A stretch of DNA of 64,000 nucleotides from positions 1 through 64,000 of the IMG/VR virus record IMGVR_UViG_3300020048_000103. One strand, given 5' to 3'. The notes below the pieces were generated by a model. That model made no database searches, had not been told where the DNA came from, and saw only the letters and a list, made by a program, of their open reading frames with translations. Source of the DNA: a virus. Lineage: Duplodnaviria > Caudoviricetes. Numbering within the stretch: position 1 is the first letter of the stretch; every line of letters begins with the position of its first letter. Shown in pieces: positions 38,458 to 47,798 of the stretch. The position numbers and the translations under genes were made by a program.

Positions 38458-38784
38458 ATGAGTTCTGGTATTGTAATCAATGTAAATCTTCCAGGAAGAT
38501 TAGAAGGTGCTGTTAAACATGTCAGCACACAAACTTACAGTGTTAAAGTATTCACAGAGGGACAGAAAATCCTTACGTTAACTAAGGAAATTCTTCACAC
38601 CGACCGTCAACCAACCAAATGCACTAGAAAAATTAACATTACTCCGGCTGTTGTTTCTCTTTGGGTTCGTTCAGAATGCCCTTATTGGATGCAACCAAAG
38701 TTTTGGAAAAACTTTTCTAGGAATGAAAAGATTCAAGCTTTTGTCGAAAGATTTGATGAAGGCTATGGAGTTAGCTATGAATAA
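38458..38784 (+). CDS. Hypothetical protein
   Basis: ORF track. Confidence 0.7.
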   Translation: MSSGIVINVNLPGRLEGAVKHVSTQTYSVKVFTEGQKILTLTKEILHTDRQPTKCTRKINITPAVVSLWVRSECPYWMQPKFWKNFSRNEKIQAFVERFDEGYGVSYE

Positions 38785-39151
38785 ACTCCTTTTTGTTTTA
38801 ATTTTGGTATTATTATCAACTCCTTTATGTTCCCAAAGCTATTGGTTTAATGGATCTTCTATGAGTTATAAAATGCCTGGAGAATCTTGGTCTACGCCTG
38901 TCTCAACTAATATTCCTATAAGCATGGATGCTGATAGAAAAAGGATTGAGGTATACAGTGATGAGACACAGATTATAGATTATGTAGGATTTGAGACTTT
39001 GGATAACAATAATTTATATTTTGGAAGTTTTGCTACTGATAGCGATTATAAAAAAATCTATATCAAGCTTTATGTTCTTCCAAATGATGTTGCTTATTTA
39101 GAAATACAATATAGTAACATATATATAAAGTATGAATTAAGTCCTCCCTAA
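38777..39151 (+). CDS. Secreted/periplasmic protein, 124 aa, with signal peptide
   Basis: MNKLLFVLILVLLSTPLCSQ; start trimmed. Confidence 0.7.
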   Translation: MNKLLFVLILVLLSTPLCSQSYWFNGSSMSYKMPGESWSTPVSTNIPISMDADRKRIEVYSDETQIIDYVGFETLDNNNLYFGSFATDSDYKKIYIKLYVLPNDVAYLEIQYSNIYIKYELSPP

Positions 39152-39159
39152 TTTTTAAA

Positions 39160-39231
39160 GGCCTCGTAGTTCAGTGGTAGAACCCCTGACTGTTAATCAG
39201 GAAGTCGTAAGTTCAAATCTTACCGAGGCCT
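39160..39231 (+). tRNA. tRNA-Asn(GTT)
   Basis: GGCCTCG/CGAGGCC, CCTGA-CTGTTAA-TCAGG; discriminator T rather than the usual G. Confidence 0.88.
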
Positions 39232-39264
39232 CACCTTTTATTATAAACCCTTTAAACATTTATT

Positions 39265-39522
39265 ATGAAAATGACGTACTTTAAACCAGTTTCAACTTCT
39301 GCGAAACTAACTGCTTTAAGAAATTCTGCGGCTTCTGCCATGTCAGCTTTTACAAAAGCTTTAAATGATTTATCACTTGTTAATGAGCAAATCAGTAAAG
39401 AAATTACTGATAATGCCGAGACCATTAAAAAGTTAACTGAATTTTCTCAGGAATTATCAGTGCAAAAAGTTGCAAATCAAAAAGTTATTGACAACATCAA
39501 AAGTATTGTTAACGTAGACTAA
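39265..39522 (+). CDS. Coiled-coil hypothetical protein
   Basis: ORF track. Confidence 0.7.
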   Translation: MKMTYFKPVSTSAKLTALRNSAASAMSAFTKALNDLSLVNEQISKEITDNAETIKKLTEFSQELSVQKVANQKVIDNIKSIVNVD

Positions 39523-39535
39523 CTCCAATATTCTT

Positions 39536-39739
39536 ATGGAATATAGTGAGATTGATCCAAATTTTGACCCAATGCTTATTCATTTATATAATGAAAAAGT
39601 AAAAGTGCTTTATAATGATAAGATTTATGTAGGTAAATTAACCTTTGCTGGTTTAAATTATTTCAATCTTTATCAGGTAACTATAGATAGATTTCCAATA
39701 TGGCCAATAGACCCTAAAAACGTAAAAAAGTATGAATAA
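39536..39739 (+). CDS. Hypothetical protein
   Basis: ORF track. Confidence 0.65.
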   Translation: MEYSEIDPNFDPMLIHLYNEKVKVLYNDKIYVGKLTFAGLNYFNLYQVTIDRFPIWPIDPKNVKKYE

Positions 39740-40445
39740 CTATCAAGTTATAACTGATGAAGGTATTTTTAAAAACTTTATTGATTGGCTACCGCAAACA
39801 TCTTTGCATGAAGTTTTTTATGTATGTTTATTTTCTAGAAGTAAGTATTGTAATACTTCTGAAATAAAACATATCAAAACAGATAAACAGCAAGTTAGAA
39901 GATTTACTGCTACTAAAGAAAATTTATTTTATAAAGTTAAACAACTTGAAGTACCATTAGGAAGCTATAGGCAAAGAGACTTGCCTATTCCTCAGGAATC
40001 TTTAGCTTTATACATAAATCCCAATCCTAGAAGTATGATTAAAGCTACTTACAAAGCCATTCATAAATTTATTGATTTAACTAGAGAACAATATACCTCT
40101 AATAGATTCGATTTATCACATGAAACTTTAAGTGCAATACAAACTTCTAAAGGAACTATGCGTTATATGGATTTTGATTTTGATAATATAGAAATATATA
40201 GATTATTAGAATTAATAACTCCATTAATTAATTTAAGTGCTATTGAGATTTTAGCTACAAAGAACGGATATCATATCCTAGTTAATATTGAAAGAATAGA
40301 CAATAAGTATAAACGAACTTGGTATACTTCTCTAAATTCATTAGTAGAAGTTGACATTTCTGGAGATCAGATGATCCCTGTTCCTGGAGCTACTCAAGGG
40401 ATGTTTACTCCCAAATTTATTAATTTAAATGATTTAATTTTTTAA
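39732..40445 (+). CDS. Hypothetical protein with AEP/prim-pol-like motifs
   Basis: MDFDFD and TKNGYHIL resemble AEP motifs I and II. Confidence 0.5.
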   Translation: MNNYQVITDEGIFKNFIDWLPQTSLHEVFYVCLFSRSKYCNTSEIKHIKTDKQQVRRFTATKENLFYKVKQLEVPLGSYRQRDLPIPQESLALYINPNPRSMIKATYKAIHKFIDLTREQYTSNRFDLSHETLSAIQTSKGTMRYMDFDFDNIEIYRLLELITPLINLSAIEILATKNGYHILVNIERIDNKYKRTWYTSLNSLVEVDISGDQMIPVPGATQGMFTPKFINLNDLIF

Positions 40446-40451
40446 AACACA

Positions 40452-40766
40452 GTGCAAATGAATAATGTCCTTTATTATCATGGAAAGACTGAACAAGGTC
40501 AAAGGTATACGATTGCCGGTAAATATGTAGACAACACTCTACAATTGGGTTTATCGTTTTGTAATCCTAAAGATGCTTTTGTAAAACAAATTGGAAGAGT
40601 AAAATCTTCCGGAAGGTTGCGTTCTAAAAATTCTTCAAGAGGTGTTTACACTTTTGGAAATGCTATCTTTGAACAAGGTGGTGAAATTAAATATTTCATA
40701 AAAACTTGTCAAACTTTTTCAAAATTGTCGCCAAGAAATTTTAGGAAACTTTTTAATTTATATTAA
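40452..40766 (+). CDS. Hypothetical protein
   Basis: FCNPKDAFVKQIGR motif of a common small phage family. Confidence 0.7.
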   Translation: MQMNNVLYYHGKTEQGQRYTIAGKYVDNTLQLGLSFCNPKDAFVKQIGRVKSSGRLRSKNSSRGVYTFGNAIFEQGGEIKYFIKTCQTFSKLSPRNFRKLFNLY

Positions 40767-40811
40767 TTGAACTGCCTGTACAATGATTTTGTGCGGGCTT
40801 TTTCTTTTTCT

Positions 40812-41045
40812 ATGAGTAGGAGTTTCAGACGAACAAAAATATTTGGATGGACTACATCAAAATCTGAAAAAGTAGAGAAGATTATTATACATAAAAAATT
40901 TAGAAGAGTTTGTAAAACTTTTATTAGATCTTGTAGAATGTCTTCTCTACTTTACAGATTTAGAGAAATTTCAGATGTTTGGAGTATGAGTAAAGATGGG
41001 AAATATTATTGGAGAGATGCTCCTAAAAAATATATGAGAAAATGA
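40812..41045 (+). CDS. Small basic protein (MSRSFRR...)
   Basis: Start trimmed; TGA stop in ATGA overlap. Confidence 0.65.
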   Translation: MSRSFRRTKIFGWTTSKSEKVEKIIIHKKFRRVCKTFIRSCRMSSLLYRFREISDVWSMSKDGKYYWRDAPKKYMRK

Positions 41046-41368
41046 TTGTAATAAAAGATTTTGATTTTGAAATGGAACAAGTTAAAAACACTCCATTTTT
41101 TGATCTAAAAGTACAAACAGTTATAAATGCTGGAAAAGAAAAAGAAAGAACTGAAATGAAATTAGTAGGTCATGGTATGCCTTTTGAGACATGCATTGAA
41201 CATATTGTTTCTTACAAATTAGGTACTTTAGATGAAACTTTTTCTATTAAAGAATATATAGCTAAACACACTGAAATCGTTAATTCTATTTTAGAACTAG
41301 TTCAATTTGAGGAAGATAAAAAACAAGAAGATACTGAAGAAGAGAACATAGATGATTTACACGAGTAG
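41042..41368 (+). CDS. Hypothetical protein with acidic tail
   Basis: ORF track. Confidence 0.7.
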   Translation: MIVIKDFDFEMEQVKNTPFFDLKVQTVINAGKEKERTEMKLVGHGMPFETCIEHIVSYKLGTLDETFSIKEYIAKHTEIVNSILELVQFEEDKKQEDTEEENIDDLHE

Positions 41369-41398
41369 ATATGGTATTATATACTCTAAATCATAAAT

Positions 41399-41755
41399 AT
41401 GGTTATTATAGAAAAAGATTTGAAAATAGAATGTAATGATAATCATTATATTTTATATCATCTAAAAACAAAAAAAGAATTAGCAGAAAATACTGAAGAA
41501 TCTAAAGATTTATATAATATTTATGGATATTACATGAATATTAAAAATGCATTTTTAGCTGCATACAAATGGAGAATAAGTAAAAAGTATCCATTTAAAG
41601 AATCTTCAAAAGATTTAAAATTAGATTTGATTCATCTAAAAAGTGTTAATGATAACTTTTCTAGAAAATTAAATCTTTTATACCAACCTGTGCAAAACTT
41701 AAAGAAAATAATTTTTGATGAATATAAGCGATTACAGAATAAAAATCTCGGATAA
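41399..41755 (+). CDS. Hypothetical protein
   Basis: ORF track. Confidence 0.65.
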   Translation: MVIIEKDLKIECNDNHYILYHLKTKKELAENTEESKDLYNIYGYYMNIKNAFLAAYKWRISKKYPFKESSKDLKLDLIHLKSVNDNFSRKLNLLYQPVQNLKKIIFDEYKRLQNKNLG

Positions 41756-42002
41756 TATTATTATAGTAACTTCTAAATTAAAAATGAATTTAGATGTTTT
41801 ATCAGAGGTTAAGGAACTTTTTGAGAATACTTCTTTAAGATTTTATAGATACGGAATGTATACTGACACTTTAGGATATTATCATGGATATGATTTTATT
41901 AAAAAAAGATTTATATATTGTGGGTCAATGAGTTATCCGGAAGCATTAAAATTAATGAATAAATACATAGAAACCAATGAGCAAGATATGGGTATCGTCT
42001 GA
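41715..42002 (+). CDS. Hypothetical protein
   Basis: ORF track; TGA stop. Confidence 0.6.
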   Translation: MMNISDYRIKISDNIIIVTSKLKMNLDVLSEVKELFENTSLRFYRYGMYTDTLGYYHGYDFIKKRFIYCGSMSYPEALKLMNKYIETNEQDMGIV

Positions 42003-42597
42003 TTTTCACTACAATCATAGTAACATTTGCTATGGAATTTCTAAATGGGCTAACAGAGAAAAGAATTGTAGAAAATTTAATTCCCTGGAGGAAATGAACA
42101 ATGCTTTAGTAAAAAATATTAACAGAAACGTCCAATATGAAGATACATTGTATTTTCTAGGAGATTGGGCTTTTGGAGGTATTGAAAGTATTTGGCAATT
42201 TAGGGCACAAATCAATTGTGGTAACATAATTTTCATAACTGGAAATCATGACCATCATATAAAAAGTAACAAAATTCTTCCAAATTATATTGACTATTTG
42301 GATCCACCAGTAAAAGCCCAGGAAATATTTACAGAAGTTCATAATTATTTGGAAGTTACTATTAATGGACAAATTTTTGTAATGTCTCATTATCCTATGG
42401 AAGAATGGTTTGAAATGGATAGAAAAGGAAGTATAATGTTACATGGGCATTCTCACCATGCTTTGGACCAAAGTTTTATCAGCATAAATTATAGAAGAAT
42501 GGATGTGGGTATTGATTGGAGAGAATTTAGGCCATATGAAATATCAGAAATTATTAGTATAATGGAATACAGAGATTTAAAAAAACACTCAAACTAA
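41977..42597 (+). CDS. Calcineurin-like metallophosphoesterase
   Basis: SDFHYNH, LGDWAF, GNHD, SHYP, HGHSH. Confidence 0.9.
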   Translation: MSKIWVSSDFHYNHSNICYGISKWANREKNCRKFNSLEEMNNALVKNINRNVQYEDTLYFLGDWAFGGIESIWQFRAQINCGNIIFITGNHDHHIKSNKILPNYIDYLDPPVKAQEIFTEVHNYLEVTINGQIFVMSHYPMEEWFEMDRKGSIMLHGHSHHALDQSFISINYRRMDVGIDWREFRPYEISEIISIMEYRDLKKHSN

Positions 42598-42602
42598 TAG
42601 AT

Positions 42603-43496
42603 ATGTTAAAAGAAAAATTTCCAGAGATCGGAGTCATTATAGGAAGATTCCAAATAGATAAGTTGCATGATGCTCATGTAGAACTTATTAAAACAGTGTT
42701 GAACCAACATGAAAAAGTAATAATTTTCTTAGGAGTTTCTCAAGCTGTAAATACTAGGAGAAACCCAATGGATTTTATTACTAGGAAAGCCATGATAGAA
42801 AAGAAGTTTTCTGAAGGAATTTCAATTATTTTACCTTTACTTGATAAAAAGAGTGATGAAGTTTGGTCTGCCCAAATTGATACTAAGGTAAGAGAAGTAT
42901 TTCCTTTTGGAGACGTAGTTATCTATGGATCCAGAGATTCTTGTTTGGATTCCTATAGTGGAAAGTTTAGTAAAACTGAACTTGTTCCTAATGTATATAC
43001 CTCAGCCACTTTCTTTAGAGAACAAATATCTAAGAAGGTAATAGCTTCTGAAGAATTCAGAGCAGGTATTATATATTCTGTATATTCTCAATACCCTACA
43101 GTATATTCTACAGTCGACATTGCTATTTTAAATAGTAAGAATGAAGTTTTATTAGGTCAAAAACCCGACGAAACTAAGTGGAGATTTGTTGGAGGATTTG
43201 TTGATGTTACTGATAGTTCTGATGAAGCTGCTGCAAAAAGAGAAGCTTATGAAGAAACCGGTCTTGAAGTTGATTCTTTAACTTATTTAGGATCATTTCC
43301 TGTAAGTGATTGGAGATATAAAGGGTCTAAAGATAAATCTATTATGACTAGATTCTTTTCTGCAAAGTACATTTTTGGAACACCTACACCTCAAGATGAT
43401 ATAGCTAGCCTAAAATGGTTTCCATTAACAGCATACTTAGAGGATATTCTTGTATCAGAACATGTAAAACTTTTAAGTAGATTATTATGTGCTTAG
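42603..43496 (+). CDS. nadM: Bifunctional NMN adenylyltransferase / Nudix (ADP-ribose) hydrolase, NadM-Nudix
   Basis: GRFQIDKLHDAH nucleotidyltransferase motif; Nudix box GGFVD...AAKREAYEETGL. Confidence 0.9.
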   Translation: MLKEKFPEIGVIIGRFQIDKLHDAHVELIKTVLNQHEKVIIFLGVSQAVNTRRNPMDFITRKAMIEKKFSEGISIILPLLDKKSDEVWSAQIDTKVREVFPFGDVVIYGSRDSCLDSYSGKFSKTELVPNVYTSATFFREQISKKVIASEEFRAGIIYSVYSQYPTVYSTVDIAILNSKNEVLLGQKPDETKWRFVGGFVDVTDSSDEAAAKREAYEETGLEVDSLTYLGSFPVSDWRYKGSKDKSIMTRFFSAKYIFGTPTPQDDIASLKWFPLTAYLEDILVSEHVKLLSRLLCA

Positions 43497-43855
43497 ATTT
43501 ACATAATCAATTAAGAATTCCTAGAATTGCATTTAGAAATATTAAATGTTATAAAGTAGTTGATAAAATAGAGTTTGCAAATGGACGTATAGTTTATGAA
43601 ACTCCTTATCGCAGATATCAAATTACTATAGGGGATACTTATGCTTCAGAACTTAGAAAAGTAGACTTTTTTGTATATGAAGGTCTTCATTCTTTTAAAG
43701 ATCTTAATACAACATGGGTTTCTTACAATGATTGTAAAAAACCAACAGTTGTAGAATGTATTATTCCAAGATGGAGTTTATATTATAAAGGAATGTTTTT
43801 TCGTGTGGAATCTTATGCTTCTAATAAATTAATCTATTTAAAAATTGTAAAGTAA
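43487..43855 (+). CDS. MCL-family paralog 3
   Basis: CYK, TPY, GLHSF, ECIIP, SYAS. Confidence 0.85.
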   Translation: MCLDLHNQLRIPRIAFRNIKCYKVVDKIEFANGRIVYETPYRRYQITIGDTYASELRKVDFFVYEGLHSFKDLNTTWVSYNDCKKPTVVECIIPRWSLYYKGMFFRVESYASNKLIYLKIVK

Positions 43856-43856
43856 T

Positions 43857-44246
43857 ATGTGTCTAGATTTAAATTTTTTTAATATATTCTCAAAAACTGC
43901 TTCTGAAGATATAGTATGTTATAAATATCTATGTACTAAACCTCCTAGATTTATGCGAAATTATACATCTTCTCAAGGGAATGGTAAAACATATTATACT
44001 CCGTATAAATATATGCCTGTTAAAATAGGAACCACTTATTCTTCTAATATACTTAGACAAGGTCTTACAGTTTCTATTGCGCTTCATAGTTTTTCTTCTT
44101 ATGAATCTTTAGACAAGTTTAGAGAGGATGACACCGTTAAGGTAGAATGTTTAATTCCTAAAGGATCCAAATATTATGTTGGGAAATTTTTAGGTTATGA
44201 ATCATATGCTTCTGATAAAATAGAATATATAAAAATTATAGAATAA
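43857..44246 (+). CDS. MCL-family paralog 4
   Basis: Same motif set. Confidence 0.85.
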   Translation: MCLDLNFFNIFSKTASEDIVCYKYLCTKPPRFMRNYTSSQGNGKTYYTPYKYMPVKIGTTYSSNILRQGLTVSIALHSFSSYESLDKFREDDTVKVECLIPKGSKYYVGKFLGYESYASDKIEYIKIIE

Positions 44247-44617
44247 TGTGCTTAAGTTTATCTTTATGGAATTTTTCTTCTAAAGTTGCATCAGAGGATA
44301 TTATATGTTATAAAACTCTTGCAAAAATAGAATATCCAAAAATAGGAATTGTATATTATAAAACTCCTTATATGGGTGTTTTAATTGATATAGGGTTTAC
44401 TTATACTTCAAAACTTAAAAGAAGTGGCTTTACTATAGAAGATGGTCTTCATTCTTTTAAACATGCTTATGATACACATTTAGCAAATTCATGTTGGCGA
44501 AGTGTTGTATCAGTGCAATGTGTAATTCCGAAAGGAAGTAAATATTATAAAGGGACATTTCTTGGAGCAGATTCTTACGCTTCTAGTCAATTAATTTACG
44601 TAAAAATCATTGAATAA
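44246..44617 (+). CDS. MCL-family paralog 5
   Basis: Same motif set. Confidence 0.85.
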   Translation: MCLSLSLWNFSSKVASEDIICYKTLAKIEYPKIGIVYYKTPYMGVLIDIGFTYTSKLKRSGFTIEDGLHSFKHAYDTHLANSCWRSVVSVQCVIPKGSKYYKGTFLGADSYASSQLIYVKIIE

Positions 44618-45072
44618 TGTGTTTAATAGTACTTAAAGGAACTCCTATAAAGGAGGCTGAAGAAGATATCATTTGCTATAAGCAAATTGATGTCGATTAT
44701 AATTATGGAATAAGATATTATTCATATATAATGCGTTTTGAATATGTTCTTGGCCTTTTATATACTGAACGTTTAGAAAAAGATGATGGAACAAATCCAG
44801 ATGACTATGCATATGCTGATTTTCAGGCTCAAGATGCTGTTTTAGAAGGTTTAGGATTTCCTTCTTCAAATACTTTTTTCACTAGTTGGGAAAATATACT
44901 TCCTGAATGTGACTTTTATCTTAAAGGTTTTCATTCTTATAAAAGTGGTGTTAAAGATAAAGGAAGAAAACCTAATGTTGAATGTATAATACCTAAAGGA
45001 TCTAAATATATTGAAGACCTCAGTGGATTAATTTGTTCTAATCAAATAATTTTAACTAAACTAATAGATTAA
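44617..45072 (+). CDS. MCL-family paralog 6 (divergent, acidic insert)
   Basis: EEDIICYK, KGFHSY, ECIIPKGSKY. Confidence 0.8.
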   Translation: MCLIVLKGTPIKEAEEDIICYKQIDVDYNYGIRYYSYIMRFEYVLGLLYTERLEKDDGTNPDDYAYADFQAQDAVLEGLGFPSSNTFFTSWENILPECDFYLKGFHSYKSGVKDKGRKPNVECIIPKGSKYIEDLSGLICSNQIILTKLID

Positions 45073-45075
45073 AAA

Positions 45076-45606
45076 ATGTATCAAGAAGTAAATGGAGATT
45101 TAATTCAACTTGCCTTAGAAGGTAATTTTGATGTTATAACTCATGGTTGTAACTGTTTCTGTACTATGGGTGCTGGTATAGCTCCTAAAATGGCTAAAGC
45201 TTTTAGTTGTGATCAATTTAAAATGGAACATCCTCAACTTAAAGGTCATATTGATAAGTTAGGTAATATTGATGGAAGAGTTTTAAACATATTCAATCAA
45301 AAAGCTTATATTCCTGAAAATTCTCCAAGAGAGTTAATTCTTAAATTACCTGATTATAAATTAACAGTGGTCAATTCTTATACTCAATATGGGTTTGGTA
45401 GCAATCATTCAAATGGTGTTTCTGCACCAATTGATTATGAAGCATTGATTCTTTGTATGCGTAAGATTAACTTTACTTTTAAAGGACAACGTGTTGGATT
45501 ACCTCAAATTGGTTGTGGTTTAGCAGGTGGAGATTGGAATGTAGTTAAGGCTATTATTCAAAGAGAATTAAAAGATTGTAATATAACAATTGTAATATTT
45601 AAATAA
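45076..45606 (+). CDS. Macrodomain (ADP-ribose-binding/hydrolase) protein
   Basis: GDL, HGCNCFCTMGAGIA, VNSYTQ, LPQIGCGLAGGDW. Confidence 0.9.
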   Translation: MYQEVNGDLIQLALEGNFDVITHGCNCFCTMGAGIAPKMAKAFSCDQFKMEHPQLKGHIDKLGNIDGRVLNIFNQKAYIPENSPRELILKLPDYKLTVVNSYTQYGFGSNHSNGVSAPIDYEALILCMRKINFTFKGQRVGLPQIGCGLAGGDWNVVKAIIQRELKDCNITIVIFK

Positions 45607-45607
45607 T

Positions 45608-46228
45608 ATGTGTTTAGATTTAAAATCTCGTGATGAAGAGCCTTTAAAAGCAACTGAAGATATTGTAGTCTATAAATTATTAATTGAAAGACTAAAATAT
45701 TTTTTAAATTGCAAAAATATTAGTAATCTCCATGGAGTTGCTTTTAAAGCAAAACATTATATGGGAAGCTATTTTGAAGGAGTACTTTCTGTAGCAGGTA
45801 TGACAATTTATCTTTGTAATAATACTTTTAGAGGCTCAAATTGCCCTGAAAAATTTGGTTTTGAATACTCTTGGGTATTGGATCAACAAATTACTTCATT
45901 AGTTGTAAACGATGTGGAATTACTAAAGAGTACCTCCAGTTTACTAACTCCTTATATGGATTTTAAAGTTACAATTGGGAACACTGTTAAATCAGACATC
46001 GTAAAAGAATATGATACAGTTGGTGAAGGATTGCACTCTTTTGAATTTTTAGAAGATGCTAAAAAATTATATCTTCTTGATTTTAAAGAATTGAATGGAA
46101 GAGAGGATTCAATTATGGTATTTGTTGAATGTATTATCCCAAAAGATAGTATGTATTATAAAGGATACTTTGATGATTACCCTTCCTATGCTTCTGATCA
46201 ATTAACCTATGTAAAAATCGTTGAATAG
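45608..46228 (+). CDS. MCL-family paralog 7 (with insert domain)
   Basis: Same motif set plus YLCNN..G...KFGFEYSW insert. Confidence 0.85.
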   Translation: MCLDLKSRDEEPLKATEDIVVYKLLIERLKYFLNCKNISNLHGVAFKAKHYMGSYFEGVLSVAGMTIYLCNNTFRGSNCPEKFGFEYSWVLDQQITSLVVNDVELLKSTSSLLTPYMDFKVTIGNTVKSDIVKEYDTVGEGLHSFEFLEDAKKLYLLDFKELNGREDSIMVFVECIIPKDSMYYKGYFDDYPSYASDQLTYVKIVE

Positions 46229-46229
46229 C

Positions 46230-46829
46230 ATGTGTTTAAAGTTAAATTTTAAAAACCAAATTCCTCTTGAAACTCTTGAGGATATTGTAGTTTACAAAAC
46301 AGTAATTAAAGTTAAAGAAATTTCTTTAGACTGTCAAAATATCGAAGATCTTCACGGAGTTCCTTTTAAAGGAATGATATTAGATGAAGAATTTGAAGGT
46401 ATACTTTCTGTAAAAGAGGATAAAGTTTTTCTTTGTACTAATTATGCATGGGGATTATTTTGTGATGAAAAATTTGGATTTAAGTATTCTTGGGTTTTTA
46501 CTGACTCAGTTACATCATTAATTGTAAATGATGTAGAATTAGTAAAAATTAGTTTTAGTTTTGAAACTCCTTTCAGAAATTATCCAATTGAAATTGGAAA
46601 TACTTATACATCTAAACTTGTAAAGAAAGGTGATAATATTGAAGAAGGATTACACTCTTTTGAATTTGCCAGAGATGCCAAATTAACCAATTGGGCACTT
46701 TGGTATGATGAAGGTACTATTGTTAAATGTATTATTCCTAAGGGAAGCACATATTATAAGGGAACTTTTGATGGAGATTCCTCTTATGCTTCTGATGCTT
46801 TAACTTATGTAGAAATTGTTCAATCTTAA
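46230..46829 (+). CDS. MCL-family paralog 8 (with insert domain)
   Basis: Same motif set. Confidence 0.85.
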   Translation: MCLKLNFKNQIPLETLEDIVVYKTVIKVKEISLDCQNIEDLHGVPFKGMILDEEFEGILSVKEDKVFLCTNYAWGLFCDEKFGFKYSWVFTDSVTSLIVNDVELVKISFSFETPFRNYPIEIGNTYTSKLVKKGDNIEEGLHSFEFARDAKLTNWALWYDEGTIVKCIIPKGSTYYKGTFDGDSSYASDALTYVEIVQS

Positions 46830-46840
46830 ATAATAACAAT

Positions 46841-47446
46841 ATGTGTTTAAAATTACATTCTGATATTACATTACCGTTAATAGCTAAAGAAGATATAACG
46901 GTATATAAACATTTAGAATCTTTTATTGAAAAGGTTTTAAATATTGATGATTTATCTTCTTTACATGGAAAAGAATTTAAAGGAATTATATATAATAATG
47001 ATTGTGGAGGTATTATCAGTGTTGCTAATAAAAACCTTTACTTGTGTACTAACGACTCGATGTTAGACGGAAATTACTGTGGAGAAAAATTTGGGTATAG
47101 TTTTTCTTGGCAACTTGATTGTGAAGTTAGTTCAGTAACTGTTAATAATGTGGAATTAATGACAAGCAAAAAAGTCTTAAGAACTCCTTTTAGAGAATTT
47201 GAAGTTGAAATTGGTGAATCATATACATCTGAAATACAAAGATGTGAGAATACAATAGAAAAAGGATTGCATTCTTTTAAAGATTTATCTGATACTATAA
47301 ATTTTAGCGAAGGATTTCGTACTTCAGGAATACCAGTTATTGTTAAATGTGTAATACCAAAAGGAAGTTTATATTATGAAGGGACTTTTAAAAATTGTGT
47401 ATCATATGCTTCTGACTATTTAAAATATGTAGAGATAATACATTAA
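46841..47446 (+). CDS. MCL-family paralog 9 (with insert domain)
   Basis: Same motif set. Confidence 0.85.
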   Translation: MCLKLHSDITLPLIAKEDITVYKHLESFIEKVLNIDDLSSLHGKEFKGIIYNNDCGGIISVANKNLYLCTNDSMLDGNYCGEKFGYSFSWQLDCEVSSVTVNNVELMTSKKVLRTPFREFEVEIGESYTSEIQRCENTIEKGLHSFKDLSDTINFSEGFRTSGIPVIVKCVIPKGSLYYEGTFKNCVSYASDYLKYVEIIH

Positions 47447-47447
47447 T

Positions 47448-47798
47448 ATGTTACCAAATAAATTATTTTTTAGAGTTGGAAATTTTGATACTAGACAAGG
47501 TCTTTGGTATGATCAAGAAGGTAATTTTACTGGATTGATTCATAATGAACTTAATTTTTGTACTTGTTCAGAAGTCTTAATGGATTTTGATGAAGAAGTT
47601 TGCGGGTATTTATCTTGCACAGAGTCTCTAGAAGATTTATATAGATGGTTTTCTAGAGACGACTTGAAATCTTTAGCAGAACATGGTTATAAAATTTATC
47701 TATATTCTGCTGAAGATTATATGTATTATGACAGATTTGAACATTACTTAATAAACCAAAAAACTTCCAAAATCATAGGAACAATATGTCCATATTAA
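47448..47798 (+). CDS. Hypothetical protein (FFRV...GLWY...YLSCT.SLEDL..WF)
   Basis: ORF track; possibly ART-like fold (inference). Confidence 0.65.
   Translation: MLPNKLFFRVGNFDTRQGLWYDQEGNFTGLIHNELNFCTCSEVLMDFDEEVCGYLSCTESLEDLYRWFSRDDLKSLAEHGYKIYLYSAEDYMYYDRFEHYLINQKTSKIIGTICPY

Noticed and set aside
12400-39300. Theta (HDV-like) ribozymes at tRNA 3' ends, expected in some recoded gut phages
   Set aside because: Sequences after each tRNA, including the suppressor, show no P1/P2/P3 nested double pseudoknot by eye; a motif search would be needed to exclude them fully
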